A DNA stretch of 62,222 nucleotides, counting the filler, from Asterionella formosa (lineage: Eukaryota), in assembly GCA_002256025.1 (NCBI GenBank). It is 17 parts of 17 records of this genome, joined end to end, with 100 filler letters (N's around TTAATTAATTAA, not from the genome) between each part and the next. Parts side by side here need not be neighbours in the genome. Positions count along the whole stretch, not along the records: positions 26,020 to 56,230 come from NKIB01000899.1; 16 more parts are not named here. One strand, given 5' to 3'. The notes beneath the pieces were generated by a model. That model was not told the origin of the DNA, did no database searches, and saw only the letters and a list, made by a program, of their open reading frames with translations. This document shows positions 25,920 through 37,366 of this stretch, one piece after another (the stretch's first letter is position 1; each line of letters starts with the position of its first letter). The position numbers and the translations under genes were made by a program.

Positions 25920-27199
25920 NNNNNNNNNNNNNNNNNNNNNNNNNNNNNNNNNNNNNNNNNNNNTTAATTAATTAANNNNNNNNNNNNNNNNNNNNNNNNN
26001 NNNNNNNNNNNNNNNNNNNCTATATGCTAGCGACTAATTGATTCTATCTTTTTGACTATTATACAACAACAAATGAGCGAGGGGAAGATGGCATGATCAT
26101 TGTCATCAAATCATCAGCGATTTGTTGAAGTTGTAGCTGAAATAATTACAATTTTCGTTACATTTTTGTCGTCTTACTACGTCTCAGTTGAAGGGTGGCT
26201 GACAACGTTCAATTTTCCGGGAGAAAATTAAGCTTCTAAACACTGTCGTTGCGTTAGCTCCCCTCTGTCCGGCTTCCAGTGGGCTGAAAAGACATCCCCT
26301 AACCCTACTATAATCAGAAGTTCGTTTGCTGCTTAAGTTTAAGAAAGATGTACGTTTCCTGATAAAGTTTAAAATTTCCTTGGAGGGAAGGCCGGCGTGC
26401 ATGCATTTCACCAACCCGGCCCATTCCAAACGACATTAAATTATAATATCTTCATTTTTTGCTGCAAATTATGAAATGTATATCAAAAATTCACTTCGAT
26501 GTGTAGAGAAGTTTTTGGAAGTTGATTCTATTCTTACCACAAATAATGAAGGACGAAGACACTATGCCATCATAAGCCCGCCATAACCTTGTTTACAAGT
26601 TTTTAATCAGAGTTGTCTATGGACCACTGGGAAAAGGTTTTTGAAACAAGGACTTTCCTTACTGTTGTTTGAAGGGAGTCTGATCCCTTTTGAAAAAAGA
26701 ACCCAAATAAATTGTACACTGGTTTCAAACCAACTTCTAAACGTTCTAAATCTATTAGTGATTAGTTACACTTACTATTTTCATTCATTTCAATAGTATT
26801 TCTACTTCAATACACCTACATCTGTCATTTGAAAAACTTTTAGAAGTGAGGTTGCATGTGTTCGGCTTGATTTCAAAGTAACAAATTTATTTCACTTTGT
26901 TCTATAGTAAAAAATTCAATAACCACCACCACAACAACAACGACAACCGCAGCAATATGCCGCGTTCCAGTGGTGGTCTTTGTACATCGTCTTGTTTCTG
27001 AAATTGAAACTGGAGGACAGGGAGGTCGAAATATTAATGGCAATGAAAATCAGAATTGATGGTACTCTAAAATCCCAGTGGGGGGGGGNNNNNNNNNNAA
27101 AAAAACCAAAACCCCCCCCCCCCCCCCCTCCAACAATCACATCAACAATTTAACCAAACTCTCAACTGAACAGCAATCATCTTATTGACAATCATTCAT

Positions 27200-29060
27200 T
27201 TTCGAAATTGCTGCAAGACGATATGTTTGCAAAAGTTGTGTTAATATATTTGTAAAAGAATATTGCAAACAATCTATTCTTGATTTTTTAACTTACTTTC
27301 AAACAAACAGTTGACAAAAGGTGTTCATCGAACAGCAATGTGAAGCATTTCTAGACCAAGATATCTTAGACAAACCAATTTCACGCATGAACCAACCGTT
27401 GATTGTTGTGTTTTCGGGATATTTCGGCTTGGCAAGCGAAATCAAAGTCTCCTGTTGTTGCCTGTCAGAAAATGATTTCCAAACTAGAATCTGCAAGAAG
27501 CAACCACAACATCGAAGACAATGGTAGATAACAAATAAAAAAAATGAAGCAAAAAAATTTCCTATCAAGAAACAATTTATTTTGGGTTGTCATAAAGTCG
27601 AAATGGGACCGGGCGATGCAGATATCATTTGCTCCGCAATGAACTTACCAATAACTTTTGGAAAATGTTGTACGCAAGGTAACTTCAGTGTTGTAGAGGA
27701 ACTGGTGGGAAGAGCTGAAGTCCTTGCTACAACTGCTCTTGTTGCAATGAACAATGTGTGTCAGGAAGAAATATCTCAGACACTCAATTTTCATCGCAAG
27801 GAGATTGAGCTGACAAAGGACGTGTTTTCCAGTGGTGGAACAGTCTAACTGGGGGTAAAGACCGCTTGTCCTTTTTAAATTTGGTGAGACTCGCCATTAC
27901 TTCTATGATATGGGCTGGCAGCAGCAATACAGCGGGAATATGTACAACTCCGTAAGTGGACATGCGTTTTGTATTGGTGGCTACATGAGAAAGATATTAG
28001 GCTATTGAGTGAAATATAAGGTCTGTAATGTGTGCTTCAGAGCTATCTGGTTAAAGACACCCAATCAAGGAGCATCTTTGCCCCAAGAATCACATAAGTG
28101 GTAGTTCGAAGGCACTGGAACCAGATGCCAGTATGGAAATGATGATTGATGCAGTTCCAAAGATATCTTTTTTACAAATCATCTGTGATGATGATTCTAC
28201 TATTAAAGCTATTTCCAAATGGTCCTAAGAGGAGTTAGTAAAACTACAGCCTGTGTTTCAATGGCCAAGGACATTGAGAGGATTTTTAAAAGCCGACAAG
28301 CAAAGGATGCCTTCCACTGACTATGCCGCAACCCAAATTTCTGTCTGATCCACATCACAAAATACAGGTTCTTGTCAGCCCTGCGTTTCTGATATTCAAT
28401 GAGCCAATCTCTCTTCTCGAACATGCTTCAAAAGCAGATTATCTTCTGTTAAAATTTTACTATGGCGCTTGGAGAAAGAAAAACAGGAACCTCTCCTTGA
28501 ACAAATTATTTATTTGGTTATCATGATTACTACTCTGAGACACACGGTGCCCAGCAGTAAAAGCAGGAAAAAGTGTTAGCAATAGAAAATATCATGACAA
28601 GGAAAAAGAAAAAGAAATTATATGAGTGTTTGATGGTGAATGCTGCAACGAAAATGGAAGGGGAAAGCTGCTATCACTATATCAAGGTCGATTTGATACT
28701 CAGATAAATGAAGCAATGAGCAATGCAGTGTTGCGACGATGTCCGAAAAACAAGGTGTTTACTGGATCCGGTGGCCTTAAATATAGTTTGGCTTCGGTTG
28801 CTGTACAACACAAACAAGTAGCAACACAATACACAAGGGATGTTTACAAGCAATGTGGAATGGAGATGACAGCATCGCAAGAATCATTCTGGAGACAAAA
28901 AGAATAGCGACAAAGTAACAAAGGGTCCTACAAAGCACAATTCAAATGGAAGAGGGAAAAAAACAAAACAAAACGAAAAATACATGCCGCACGATTTGAA
29001 ACTGTCAAACAAGAAAACAAACCAAGGAAGACTTATGGCTCTAGTGTTGCGCTAAGGGAA
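27200..29060 (+). pseudogene. Degenerate Mutator-like/Kolobok-type DDE transposase
   Basis: Fragments in order: YDMGWQQQYSG..YNSVSGHAF.IGG, C..C, NHISGSSKALE, ICDDDST, FLSDPHH, DTQINEAMSN; many stops and frameshifts; no termini identified. Confidence 0.7.
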
Positions 29061-29555
29061 AATCATGATATAAGAAGGAAAAGTAAATGTATGCAATCAT
29101 TGTCGCCGAAATGATCATCAATGGAAACATAGCGCACTCTGTTCATTCGATGAAGGCAAAGGAAATTTTTTACAGGAGATTTTACGACTACTAATTTTAG
29201 CAAAAGACTACTATTCCGATGATGACGTTTCGGCGCAAGCCTGCGTGCCAATACTTTCGTTTCTAAATAGGATCACTTCTTTGGTAGCCACTGGTATAGC
29301 AAAATGGTTCACCAGAGATTTGGCAGATAAAGTGAATTGATAATGGCCCATAAGTAAACACTACACAAATCAAGGTAAAGTTTACCTTTTTATTCCATAT
29401 CAAAAACAATTTGCTATACATGCTAACGTCTTTACGATGGCAACAAGGAAAAACTGAGTACTGGAGGCATTGTTTGGGTTGATGGGGTGGCAATGCTCTG
29501 ATTAGGTCAAAATTGCAATGTAAGCCCAGATTCATGAACCAGTTCTTTAGGTACA

Positions 29556-30767
29556 TTAAACAAATAATGTAGACACAGTAAAACCTGTTCCACCAACAAC
29601 CAAAGCTCCTACCCCGCCCACTGCAAATGGCTGCCATCCAACACCTTTCAATGATGAAACTGATGTACTAAGGCCAACTCCGGCCATTGCTGTCCCAAGT
29701 GCATACTTTGAAAGATCATCGCCAATGAAACACATTACTTGATGGTAGAAAGTTGCATCATCACACCCAAAATATAGGTCACCACATGAACGCGCTGCGG
29801 ACATTGCAATGAATGCAATTAAAAAAGGAGGGACATACTGTTGAAAGGTGGCAAGACCTGACATGGTATCTTCCTTACCCACAACATTTTCTGAGACAGC
29901 ATCATCAGATGTCTTAAAGGCAATTGTTAAGGCAGGAATAGCAAAGGCAAGACCAAGGTTTCGAGTAAGCTTGGTGATTGCTGCAACTCTTAATGCAGTC
30001 TCATCATCAAATGTTTCTTTATAGGACATGGCCGAGCCTAGCACTTGTGAGGTATCATGGATGGCAACCCCCAAACACATACCAACTTGCTCCGAGCTGG
30101 TGCACAGGGCATGGAAAATGTATGGATAGGCTAGCATGCCGATCGTGCCAAAAGCAACAGTATTTGCAACAGCAACAGCTGTAGCGCGATTGGAAGCATT
30201 AATGGCAGGAGCCAGTGCAGTGATAGCAGTAACTCCACAAATAGATGTTCCTGCAGTTAGAAGAGCTGTCATGTCTCGTGGCAAACCAGCGATGCGCCCT
30301 GCAAGTGGAATAAAGAGTAAGCCTGCACTGACGGATGCAAGTACAACAGGTATTCCACTCGATCCCATAGAGAGCAGCTCAAAGAAGGAAAGCTTGGCTG
30401 CCACTGCTACGATTCCTCCTTGGAGGATTTTCTTTGTTGAGAATGTGATACCTGGCTTGCACAAATTTGGGTAGCCAACCTTGCTGTTTTTAATTGCCAT
30501 TCCGAGAAGAATCGACATTGGAATACCAGACACAGGAACCCCCAGTGTAGACGACAGGATGTATGACACTTGAAACCCAACCGCCGCAGTGGATGCGGCT
30601 AGTGCGATTCCAGGAACAATAGAGGGATTGTTTTGTTCTTTTGATGGTGAAGAAAAATCTCTGAATGCGCCATTGATATTATTGTTTGGACTGACCAATA
30701 GGCATCTAGACAATCGAGAGCGCCGAAACAAAAGAACTCTAGCTGATGATGAGCGAACGGTAAACAT
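29556..30767 (-). CDS. YeiH/UPF0324 (PSE, putative sulfate exporter) membrane protein with mitochondrial-type presequence
   Basis: GTSICGVTAI, G.AIHDTSQV, TKLTRNL, AMAGVG motifs; about 10 hydrophobic segments; Arg/Ser-rich N-terminus; intronless. Confidence 0.88.
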   Translation of the reverse strand: MFTVRSSSARVLLFRRSRLSRCLLVSPNNNINGAFRDFSSPSKEQNNPSIVPGIALAASTAAVGFQVSYILSSTLGVPVSGIPMSILLGMAIKNSKVGYPNLCKPGITFSTKKILQGGIVAVAAKLSFFELLSMGSSGIPVVLASVSAGLLFIPLAGRIAGLPRDMTALLTAGTSICGVTAITALAPAINASNRATAVAVANTVAFGTIGMLAYPYIFHALCTSSEQVGMCLGVAIHDTSQVLGSAMSYKETFDDETALRVAAITKLTRNLGLAFAIPALTIAFKTSDDAVSENVVGKEDTMSGLATFQQYVPPFLIAFIAMSAARSCGDLYFGCDDATFYHQVMCFIGDDLSKYALGTAMAGVGLSTSVSSLKGVGWQPFAVGGVGALVVGGTGFTVSTLFV

Positions 30768-31285
30768 GATGGGGAAAGTAATTTTTATCTTGAGTCTTCG
30801 TTGGCCATTTCGTCGGGATTTTTTGTCGTCATCCCCATGTGAACCAAAGATTTATAATCGAGCGGTTGACAATGCATATCTACTACATATAGTATCGGCA
30901 AAAAATATATACCGTATATTGCACTCTCGAACAAATAAGAACCTGGTTCCAGGTAGGTATATCATCATGTTCAACATTCTGAAAACATATATCCGACAAT
31001 AAATTCTGCCCTCCAATGATCTACCGGTATATACCGGTGCATTTTTAGGTGTAAACTGACATAAACTAGTCTACTCTAGACTCTAGACCATAGTTTCGGT
31101 CTTTAGTACCAGGTAGTCTACTCCGTACCTGGTTGTCTATAATAGTTCATCCAGTCAGAAATGTAACCTCCGATGACACAAGGAATTGAATTTATGCAGT
31201 ACATAATATATTCTAAAAGACGAGTAGTTGTCTAGAATTGTTGTGAAAGTATACATACCCCAGTAAGATTTGCCTCAGCACTTAG

Positions 31286-33427
31286 CTAGGCAGCCTGCTC
31301 AATTTCCTCTGTCACATACTCCAAAATGATTTCGTCAGCTTTCAACGAACTGCCGGATTTCACCTTCAAAACCCCAATCGTTCCAGATCGCGGAGCTCGG
31401 ATTATATTTTGCATCTTCATGGCTTCGACTACACAGAGCTCCTGCCCAATTTGAACGATATCGCCTTCACTGACAGCATAGCTGACAAGAGTTCCAGGCA
31501 TGGGACTCATTACAATGTCGGTCGTGTCAACGTCCAATGGGGGGTGCATGTGTGCCGACAATTCATACTCCCGAGGAGTTTGAAGTAGCACTTCGAGCTG
31601 CGCTCCGTACATTTGCACTTGGAGTTCCCCAGTGGTAAGTTCTTTCAGCACTTGGATAGACCTCGAGTGACCGTCCAATGTCACTTTAGCGATGTAGTCA
31701 GTTGCCTTATAATCCACAAAATCTAATTTAAACGAGCATTCCAATCCACCCTCATGTCCGAGAATTGATACCTTTGCCTGTTGTGTGGTGTGATCAATTG
31801 ATACGGCATGTGCGTCGCCAAACATGCCACCAAGTCTGACCACAACATCGTCACCCAAAGACATCACACCCAACTCATTTCGTCGCTTCTCATCAATCCA
31901 AGCGACACAAACGGCAAGCTCGAGGCGTTCCATTTCGGTCAGTTGGACTCCCTGGAAACCATCAGGGCCATAATGCGTTCCAAGAAAGGATGTTGGAGTG
32001 TGACCAGAACGAAAGTCTTTGCTTCGCAAGACATCATTGACAAGTCTGCCGTTATGCTGGATCTTGTCACCAATAACATATTCATCCAAGGCATGACTCA
32101 GCGCAGCGATCGCGTCTAGTCGCGTCTCTTTCCACGCAATCACCTTGCTCAATAGTGGATCATAGTGAGGTGACACAACGTGACCTTCGATCACCCCAGA
32201 GTCAACACGGACATGTGGAGGCTCTTTATATGGCACGAGAGGACCAGTGGAAGGCAAGAAACCTCGGATTGGGTCCTCTGCATAGATGCGCGCTTCGATA
32301 GCATGCCCATAATGAGGATAGTAGGGCGCGTCGCCTATCGCCACCTTCATGTAATCTGGTATCCCCCAGCCGGCACCTACCCACAGCATAGCCTCGACCA
32401 AGTCGACGTTACCGGACACTAGTTCTGTTACGGGGTGTTCCACTTGCAATCGAGTGTTCATTTCAAGAAAGTAGAAGTTTTGGTCCTCGTCCACCAACCA
32501 CTCGACTGTACCAGCACTTGTGTACCCCACTTTTCGTACCAACGCCTTGACCTGTTCCACCATTTTAAGACGAGTCTCCTCTTTGAGCATGGGCGATGGC
32601 GATTCTTCTATAATCTTCTGGTGCCGACGTTGAATACTGCATTCGCGTTCACAAAACACAATGATATCCATATCGTCACCCGAGGGATGCTGTCCTGGCT
32701 TCATGGCCGCCATGACCTGAAATTCGATGTGGTGAGGGTTATCAACGTATTTTTCCATGAGGAGACGATCGTCAGAGAAAAACTTGAGTGCTTCGGACTT
32801 GGCCAGACCGTAGCCTTCTCGCACATCGGCATCGCTGCGGCAGACTCTCATACCCTTGCCTCCTCCACCATTGGCAGCCTTGAGCAACACTGGATAGCCA
32901 ATATCTGTGGCCACTTGAAGCGCATGGTCAAGCGACTCTAGCTTCCCATCAAAACCGGGAATGATGTTCACACCAGCGGCTAGCGCAATTTCTTTGGATC
33001 GAATCTTGTCTCCCATTTCTTTGACTGCTGAAGGAGACGGACCCAACCAGGTGACACCCATGTCAGTAATTTCTTTGCTGAACTGGGCATTTTCACTCAA
33101 AAAGCCATAGCCAGGATGAACCGCTTGCGCGTTCGTGGCCTTGATTGCTGCCACGATGTTATCCGTTTTCAGATAGCTTTTGGCACTGCTGGCAGGTCCA
33201 ACGCAAATGGCTTCGTCTGCTTGAGCAACAAAGGCAGCCTTTGAGTCCGCAGTAGAGTAAATGGCAACAGTCTTAATGCCCAACTTCTCGCATGTTCGCA
33301 TCACACGCGATGCGATTTCTCCTCGATTGGCGATCAGGACCTTGTCGAATGGCTTCTTCGACGAGAAATGACGAACCAGGAGTCGAGGCGCTTGGCGCAA
33401 GATTCTAATCATGATTGGAAGTGCCAA
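31286..33427 (-). CDS. PCCA: Propionyl-CoA carboxylase alpha subunit, mitochondrial
   Basis: KVLIANRGEIA, HPGYGFLSEN, GGGGKGMR, ERECSIQRRHQK, FLEMNTRLQVEHPVTE, C-terminal SPMPG...VEAMKMQN biotin carrier; presequence ends RHFSS. Confidence 0.9.
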   Translation of the reverse strand: MALPIMIRILRQAPRLLVRHFSSKKPFDKVLIANRGEIASRVMRTCEKLGIKTVAIYSTADSKAAFVAQADEAICVGPASSAKSYLKTDNIVAAIKATNAQAVHPGYGFLSENAQFSKEITDMGVTWLGPSPSAVKEMGDKIRSKEIALAAGVNIIPGFDGKLESLDHALQVATDIGYPVLLKAANGGGGKGMRVCRSDADVREGYGLAKSEALKFFSDDRLLMEKYVDNPHHIEFQVMAAMKPGQHPSGDDMDIIVFCERECSIQRRHQKIIEESPSPMLKEETRLKMVEQVKALVRKVGYTSAGTVEWLVDEDQNFYFLEMNTRLQVEHPVTELVSGNVDLVEAMLWVGAGWGIPDYMKVAIGDAPYYPHYGHAIEARIYAEDPIRGFLPSTGPLVPYKEPPHVRVDSGVIEGHVVSPHYDPLLSKVIAWKETRLDAIAALSHALDEYVIGDKIQHNGRLVNDVLRSKDFRSGHTPTSFLGTHYGPDGFQGVQLTEMERLELAVCVAWIDEKRRNELGVMSLGDDVVVRLGGMFGDAHAVSIDHTTQQAKVSILGHEGGLECSFKLDFVDYKATDYIAKVTLDGHSRSIQVLKELTTGELQVQMYGAQLEVLLQTPREYELSAHMHPPLDVDTTDIVMSPMPGTLVSYAVSEGDIVQIGQELCVVEAMKMQNIIRAPRSGTIGVLKVKSGSSLKADEIILEYVTEEIEQAA

Positions 33428-33902
33428 TCTTTTCTGAGATACACTGTTTTTTGCTTATGTAGTTTTCAATTCGCTTTTATGAGCTTTGACCTTGGTTGCC
33501 CTTCTCGTTGGTTGGAGCGCCCGTTCGCTTCAACATGCAAACTTATATTATTATTCATGGATACAACATACAACTACCGGTACCGGTACCTTGTACTGGT
33601 ACACAGGATGTCAAAAGTTCGCATTCTGCGAGCCCGAAGAACATGATGGGGTACTGGTGAAACATACTGGTACTGGTGTAACGATCTTGGAGAAAATCAC
33701 TTGACAGATCTTCCCATGTACCCGTATGTAAGCAGTGTTCCGTTATAGCAAATATTGTGTATGGTATATGTGTACAAACAGATATACCCGGTAAGTAATT
33801 ATATATAATATGATGAGAAGCCATCGACGATGCGAACCCCAACTACCGGTACATTCATCAAGTATGATATGTACTGCTGTACAGCTGTACAGTAAATATG
33901 CA

Positions 33903-34210
33903 AATGTCTCCACTGAAACTTCTATTTCTTGCTTCATTTCTACTAACCCAGAACAATTTTTCTATTTCTCATTTGTCACTACTTATTATATTGCATGTCA
34001 TACTTTGGTTGCTCCAACCATCATGTTCAGTTTTCATTGAAATTGTATGCATGTAACAATCATTCTTGTGTGTTTCACACTTGTTTTACCATTTCTAAAT
34101 ATATTACCATTATTCTGGCTGTCATGCTAAAATCAGCAATTTTAATGCCAAAAAATAGATCTGCACCATATTGCCCCTAAATAAAAATTTCTTTAGAAAT
34201 TACTTAGAGC
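33903..34210. repeat. Partial third copy of the 22763/35907 repeat family
   Basis: Colinear with about 35550-35850. Confidence 0.75.
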
Positions 34211-34747
34211 CTAGGGATTGCTGAAATCGGCAAGGGGTCTGCTGACAGAAACCATTTTATATACTAAACAGATTTTAATAATTTATATCTAGAATTCACC
34301 TCGTTCTTGTTCTTCTCCTAAAAAGTGGACTCCGGCAATTCACCTTTCACCATGCCAATCGTCGTCCATCATGACCGGTTTGAAGCGAGATCAGTTCAGT
34401 GATGATGCCAGTAGTGACTCGTTGTCGAACGGATGCAGTTGGTTGTTGTATTGCTTGTCTTCTCGAGGGATTCATGTAGTCGCATTGTCAATAATTTCGT
34501 CGGACGAACGATGATATCAATACATCTGATGTTGGTGGCAAGTTTTTGCTCCGGTCATGCATGTGATGATGATGCTTAATGGATATTCTATGTACCGGTA
34601 GTAGCCATCTAGCCTACATATGTAAGTGGTACTCGAAACAACCATGCATGGTTTAAGCTTAACTTTCACGCTTACTTTGAACACGTTAAAATATTATCGC
34701 TGTAGACTCAGTATTATTTTTACGAGACCAGAATATTAAATTATATC

Positions 34748-35907
34748 GTTCACATATTGATTGATTTAACGTATGCCCGATTTCGTCCTCACAATTATCC
34801 TTCTCACTCTATCCTGCCTGACGTTGCTCTATTTGGGCTTGCAACAGGCAATGTTCATCTTTCTTTGATCCCAGCATCGCCTGCTACTTGTCATGCTAGT
34901 TGAAGCGGATCGGTGAGTACAGCAGTGAAACAATGAATGTGGATTGTAGATCATATTTATCGACTTTACAATTTGATTCCTGCTTCCATGGGTTTTTTTA
35001 ATTGCTTCCGTCGTTGGTTGTCGTTCCGCACTGCCGTTTTGATTCGATTGAATAAATCTACATAAGAACCAATGTATTCATCAATGAATACTCTTTGAAG
35101 ATGTGGTATTGTGCCGTTGTTGATTGTATCTGTTGATTTGTATAGTCGTTGACAATTATGTCAATATTGCCGCCAAGCAATGCTTTTCTTGTACTAACGC
35201 GCTTTGCTACATTTCTACTACGAGTTTGTATCAGAAGCTGCATGAATACTCAGCTAGAGAGAGTCAATAGAGATGAGGCAGCAGCCTGGCAATTATATTC
35301 AATCAGAATGGATTGGAATGGAATGATGATCAGGGTTGTTTGGTGGGAGGAACGACTGTGGGCGGAAGGCCTGCATCTTCTTATGTCAGACTACTACAGC
35401 GATGTGCATGGTTGCAGCAACCAGATCATCTACTCTAAATAAAGATGCAGGTCAAAATTGGGTTCAGCCTTTTTCCTTCTTATTTCGGTCTTTGATTGTG
35501 TGTTGATGGAAATTCAATTGCCTGTGTAAGTACTACAATGTCACAATGCATACGTCTCCATTGAAACTCCTATTTTTTACTTCATTTCTAACCCAAAACA
35601 ATTTTTTCTATTTCTCATTTGACGCTACTTATTAGATCGCATTTCATGCTTTGGTTGCTCCAAACATCATGTTCGATTTTCATTGATGTTGCATGTTACA
35701 ATCATTCTCGTGTGTTTTACTCTTGTTGTACCCTTTCTATGTATTTTACCGTTATTCTGGCTGTCATGCTGAAATTGGCAATTTTAGTGCCGAAAAATTT
35801 GATGTGCCCCATATTGCCCCTAAATAAAAATTACTTCAGAAGTTACTTAGAGTCTAAAAATTACTTAGAAGTACCCGAATGGCAAGACGATAGCTAGCCG
35901 GAGCGGG
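34748..35907. mobile_element. Interspersed repeat (probable non-autonomous DNA transposon), inverted copy of 22763-23919; left boundary unknown
   Basis: Ends GAGCGGG|AATT; long colinear match to the contig at 22020-23919. Confidence 0.8.
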
Positions 35908-36120
35908 AATTGCGTCTACAGAGGGCTTCTTTTAAGGAAGTGGATCGAGCAGGCCGATTAAAACGATTTTTGCCACTATACGGGAACAGAGGGAGCACAT
36001 ACATAGATAGATACATCAAGAGATTGATTTTCGAGGTGAATCTTTTATGTTGACGCTGGCAATGTGAAATGCAGGTCAAAACGAAATCAAAACAGATGAA
36101 CAAAAATTAGAAAGCAATCC

Positions 36121-36861
36121 ATGATGAAGCGAAATGTATTGACAACAAACATCCTAGTTTTCGTGGTCACAATAGATTGTCACGGCTTGGCTCCAATTCA
36201 TCGACGCGAATCTTTTTCCATATTTCTTTCAACTCTGACAGCAGCAGGGGCTCCCGCGATTGCTTTAGAATATGAACAAAGAAATCGAAATGGTAATAAA
36301 CAAGCGATTGTCCGAGAAGACTATTGGTACATGATGGGCAAGGCCCCTCCATGACGAATGGAATCAGGGATAATGCGAATTGACAATCCCGAATACAACG
36401 CCTGGGGAACTTGTCAAACGGAAACTGGTAACTCTTGCACCTATGTTTCATTGAAGCAACGAGTACCTACATATTCCAAATACTCTGGGAGTATAGCAGC
36501 AGGGATCTCTGATTATTCCAGAGTGAAGGATTCTCTAGAAAAGCAGGATTGGGCTATGGCGTCCTACTTGTTGGTGGACTCAAGCACTCCTCCTCCTGCC
36601 ATTGAAGCTCTCTTGAAAATGGTGTTGTTTGCTAGACAAATGTTGAGCACTCCCGATTACACTGGGCCACCCAAAGAACTTTTGATTGCCCATTTTTATG
36701 TCAATGAAGCTCACTTTGCCATAATTGAGCTTCAGGATGCGATCCAAGCACAAGATATGGATCGCGCCATGTCAGCATGGGAGTTTGGTCGTGATTCATA
36801 TCTAACGATTGTCAATCGAAACATCAATGACAAGGTAGGTGATAAGTTGAAATTGCTATAA
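36121..36861 (+). pseudogene. Signal-peptide-bearing (probably plastid-targeted) hypothetical protein with one in-frame TGA
   Basis: ORFs 36121-36354 and 36358-36861 share a frame, separated by TGA; N-terminal hydrophobic stretch, CHG-LAP, then RRES...APAIA (TAT-like). Confidence 0.6.
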
Positions 36862-37366
36862 TTTGGGTTTTTGTCGCCCATGAAGCTCTACATTTTGCGC
36901 CCATGAAGCTCTACATATGGCGAAAGATAAAACATAATGAAACCCATTGTCCACGTCTACTGTAGCCTCCACCCGACTTGAATTATGCAGTTTTGAATTC
37001 TACTTTTGACTACCGGAAACAGATGGTTGCTCCCCCTCTCCCCCTACTATAGTAGCAAGAGTATTTACTGTCTATGCGAGAGCAAAACTGATTTCAAAGG
37101 CAGAAACCTAGACAATAGCTATTTGCAAAGCAACATCATCATGCTCACATAAAGGGCAAATGTCAGTAGTCAATTAATTAGAAGTGGATTTGTAAAGAAT
37201 AAGATATACAGTAGGTACACAATAGTCAATGACATTCGGTATCTACCACTATGACGAGATTCAACCTGGAGACACCTGGAGACATGAATCTGCTGCAATG
37301 AAGTGGTATGGATGAAGTTGCCTTGAGTTAAAAACAATACAGTAGGAACACCAGCATACTACCGTC

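Noticed and set aside
1..26020. Apparent cluster of RTs, recombinase, LRRs and lipase as one defence or diversification system
   Set aside because: Each lies on a separate contig, so the co-location is artificial.
27079..27131. Poly-G / N / poly-C tract
   Set aside because: Low-quality sequence around a small scaffold gap.
36352..36354. Selenocysteine or alternative genetic code
   Set aside because: No redox motif or evident SECIS; TGA is a normal stop elsewhere (e.g. 7014).
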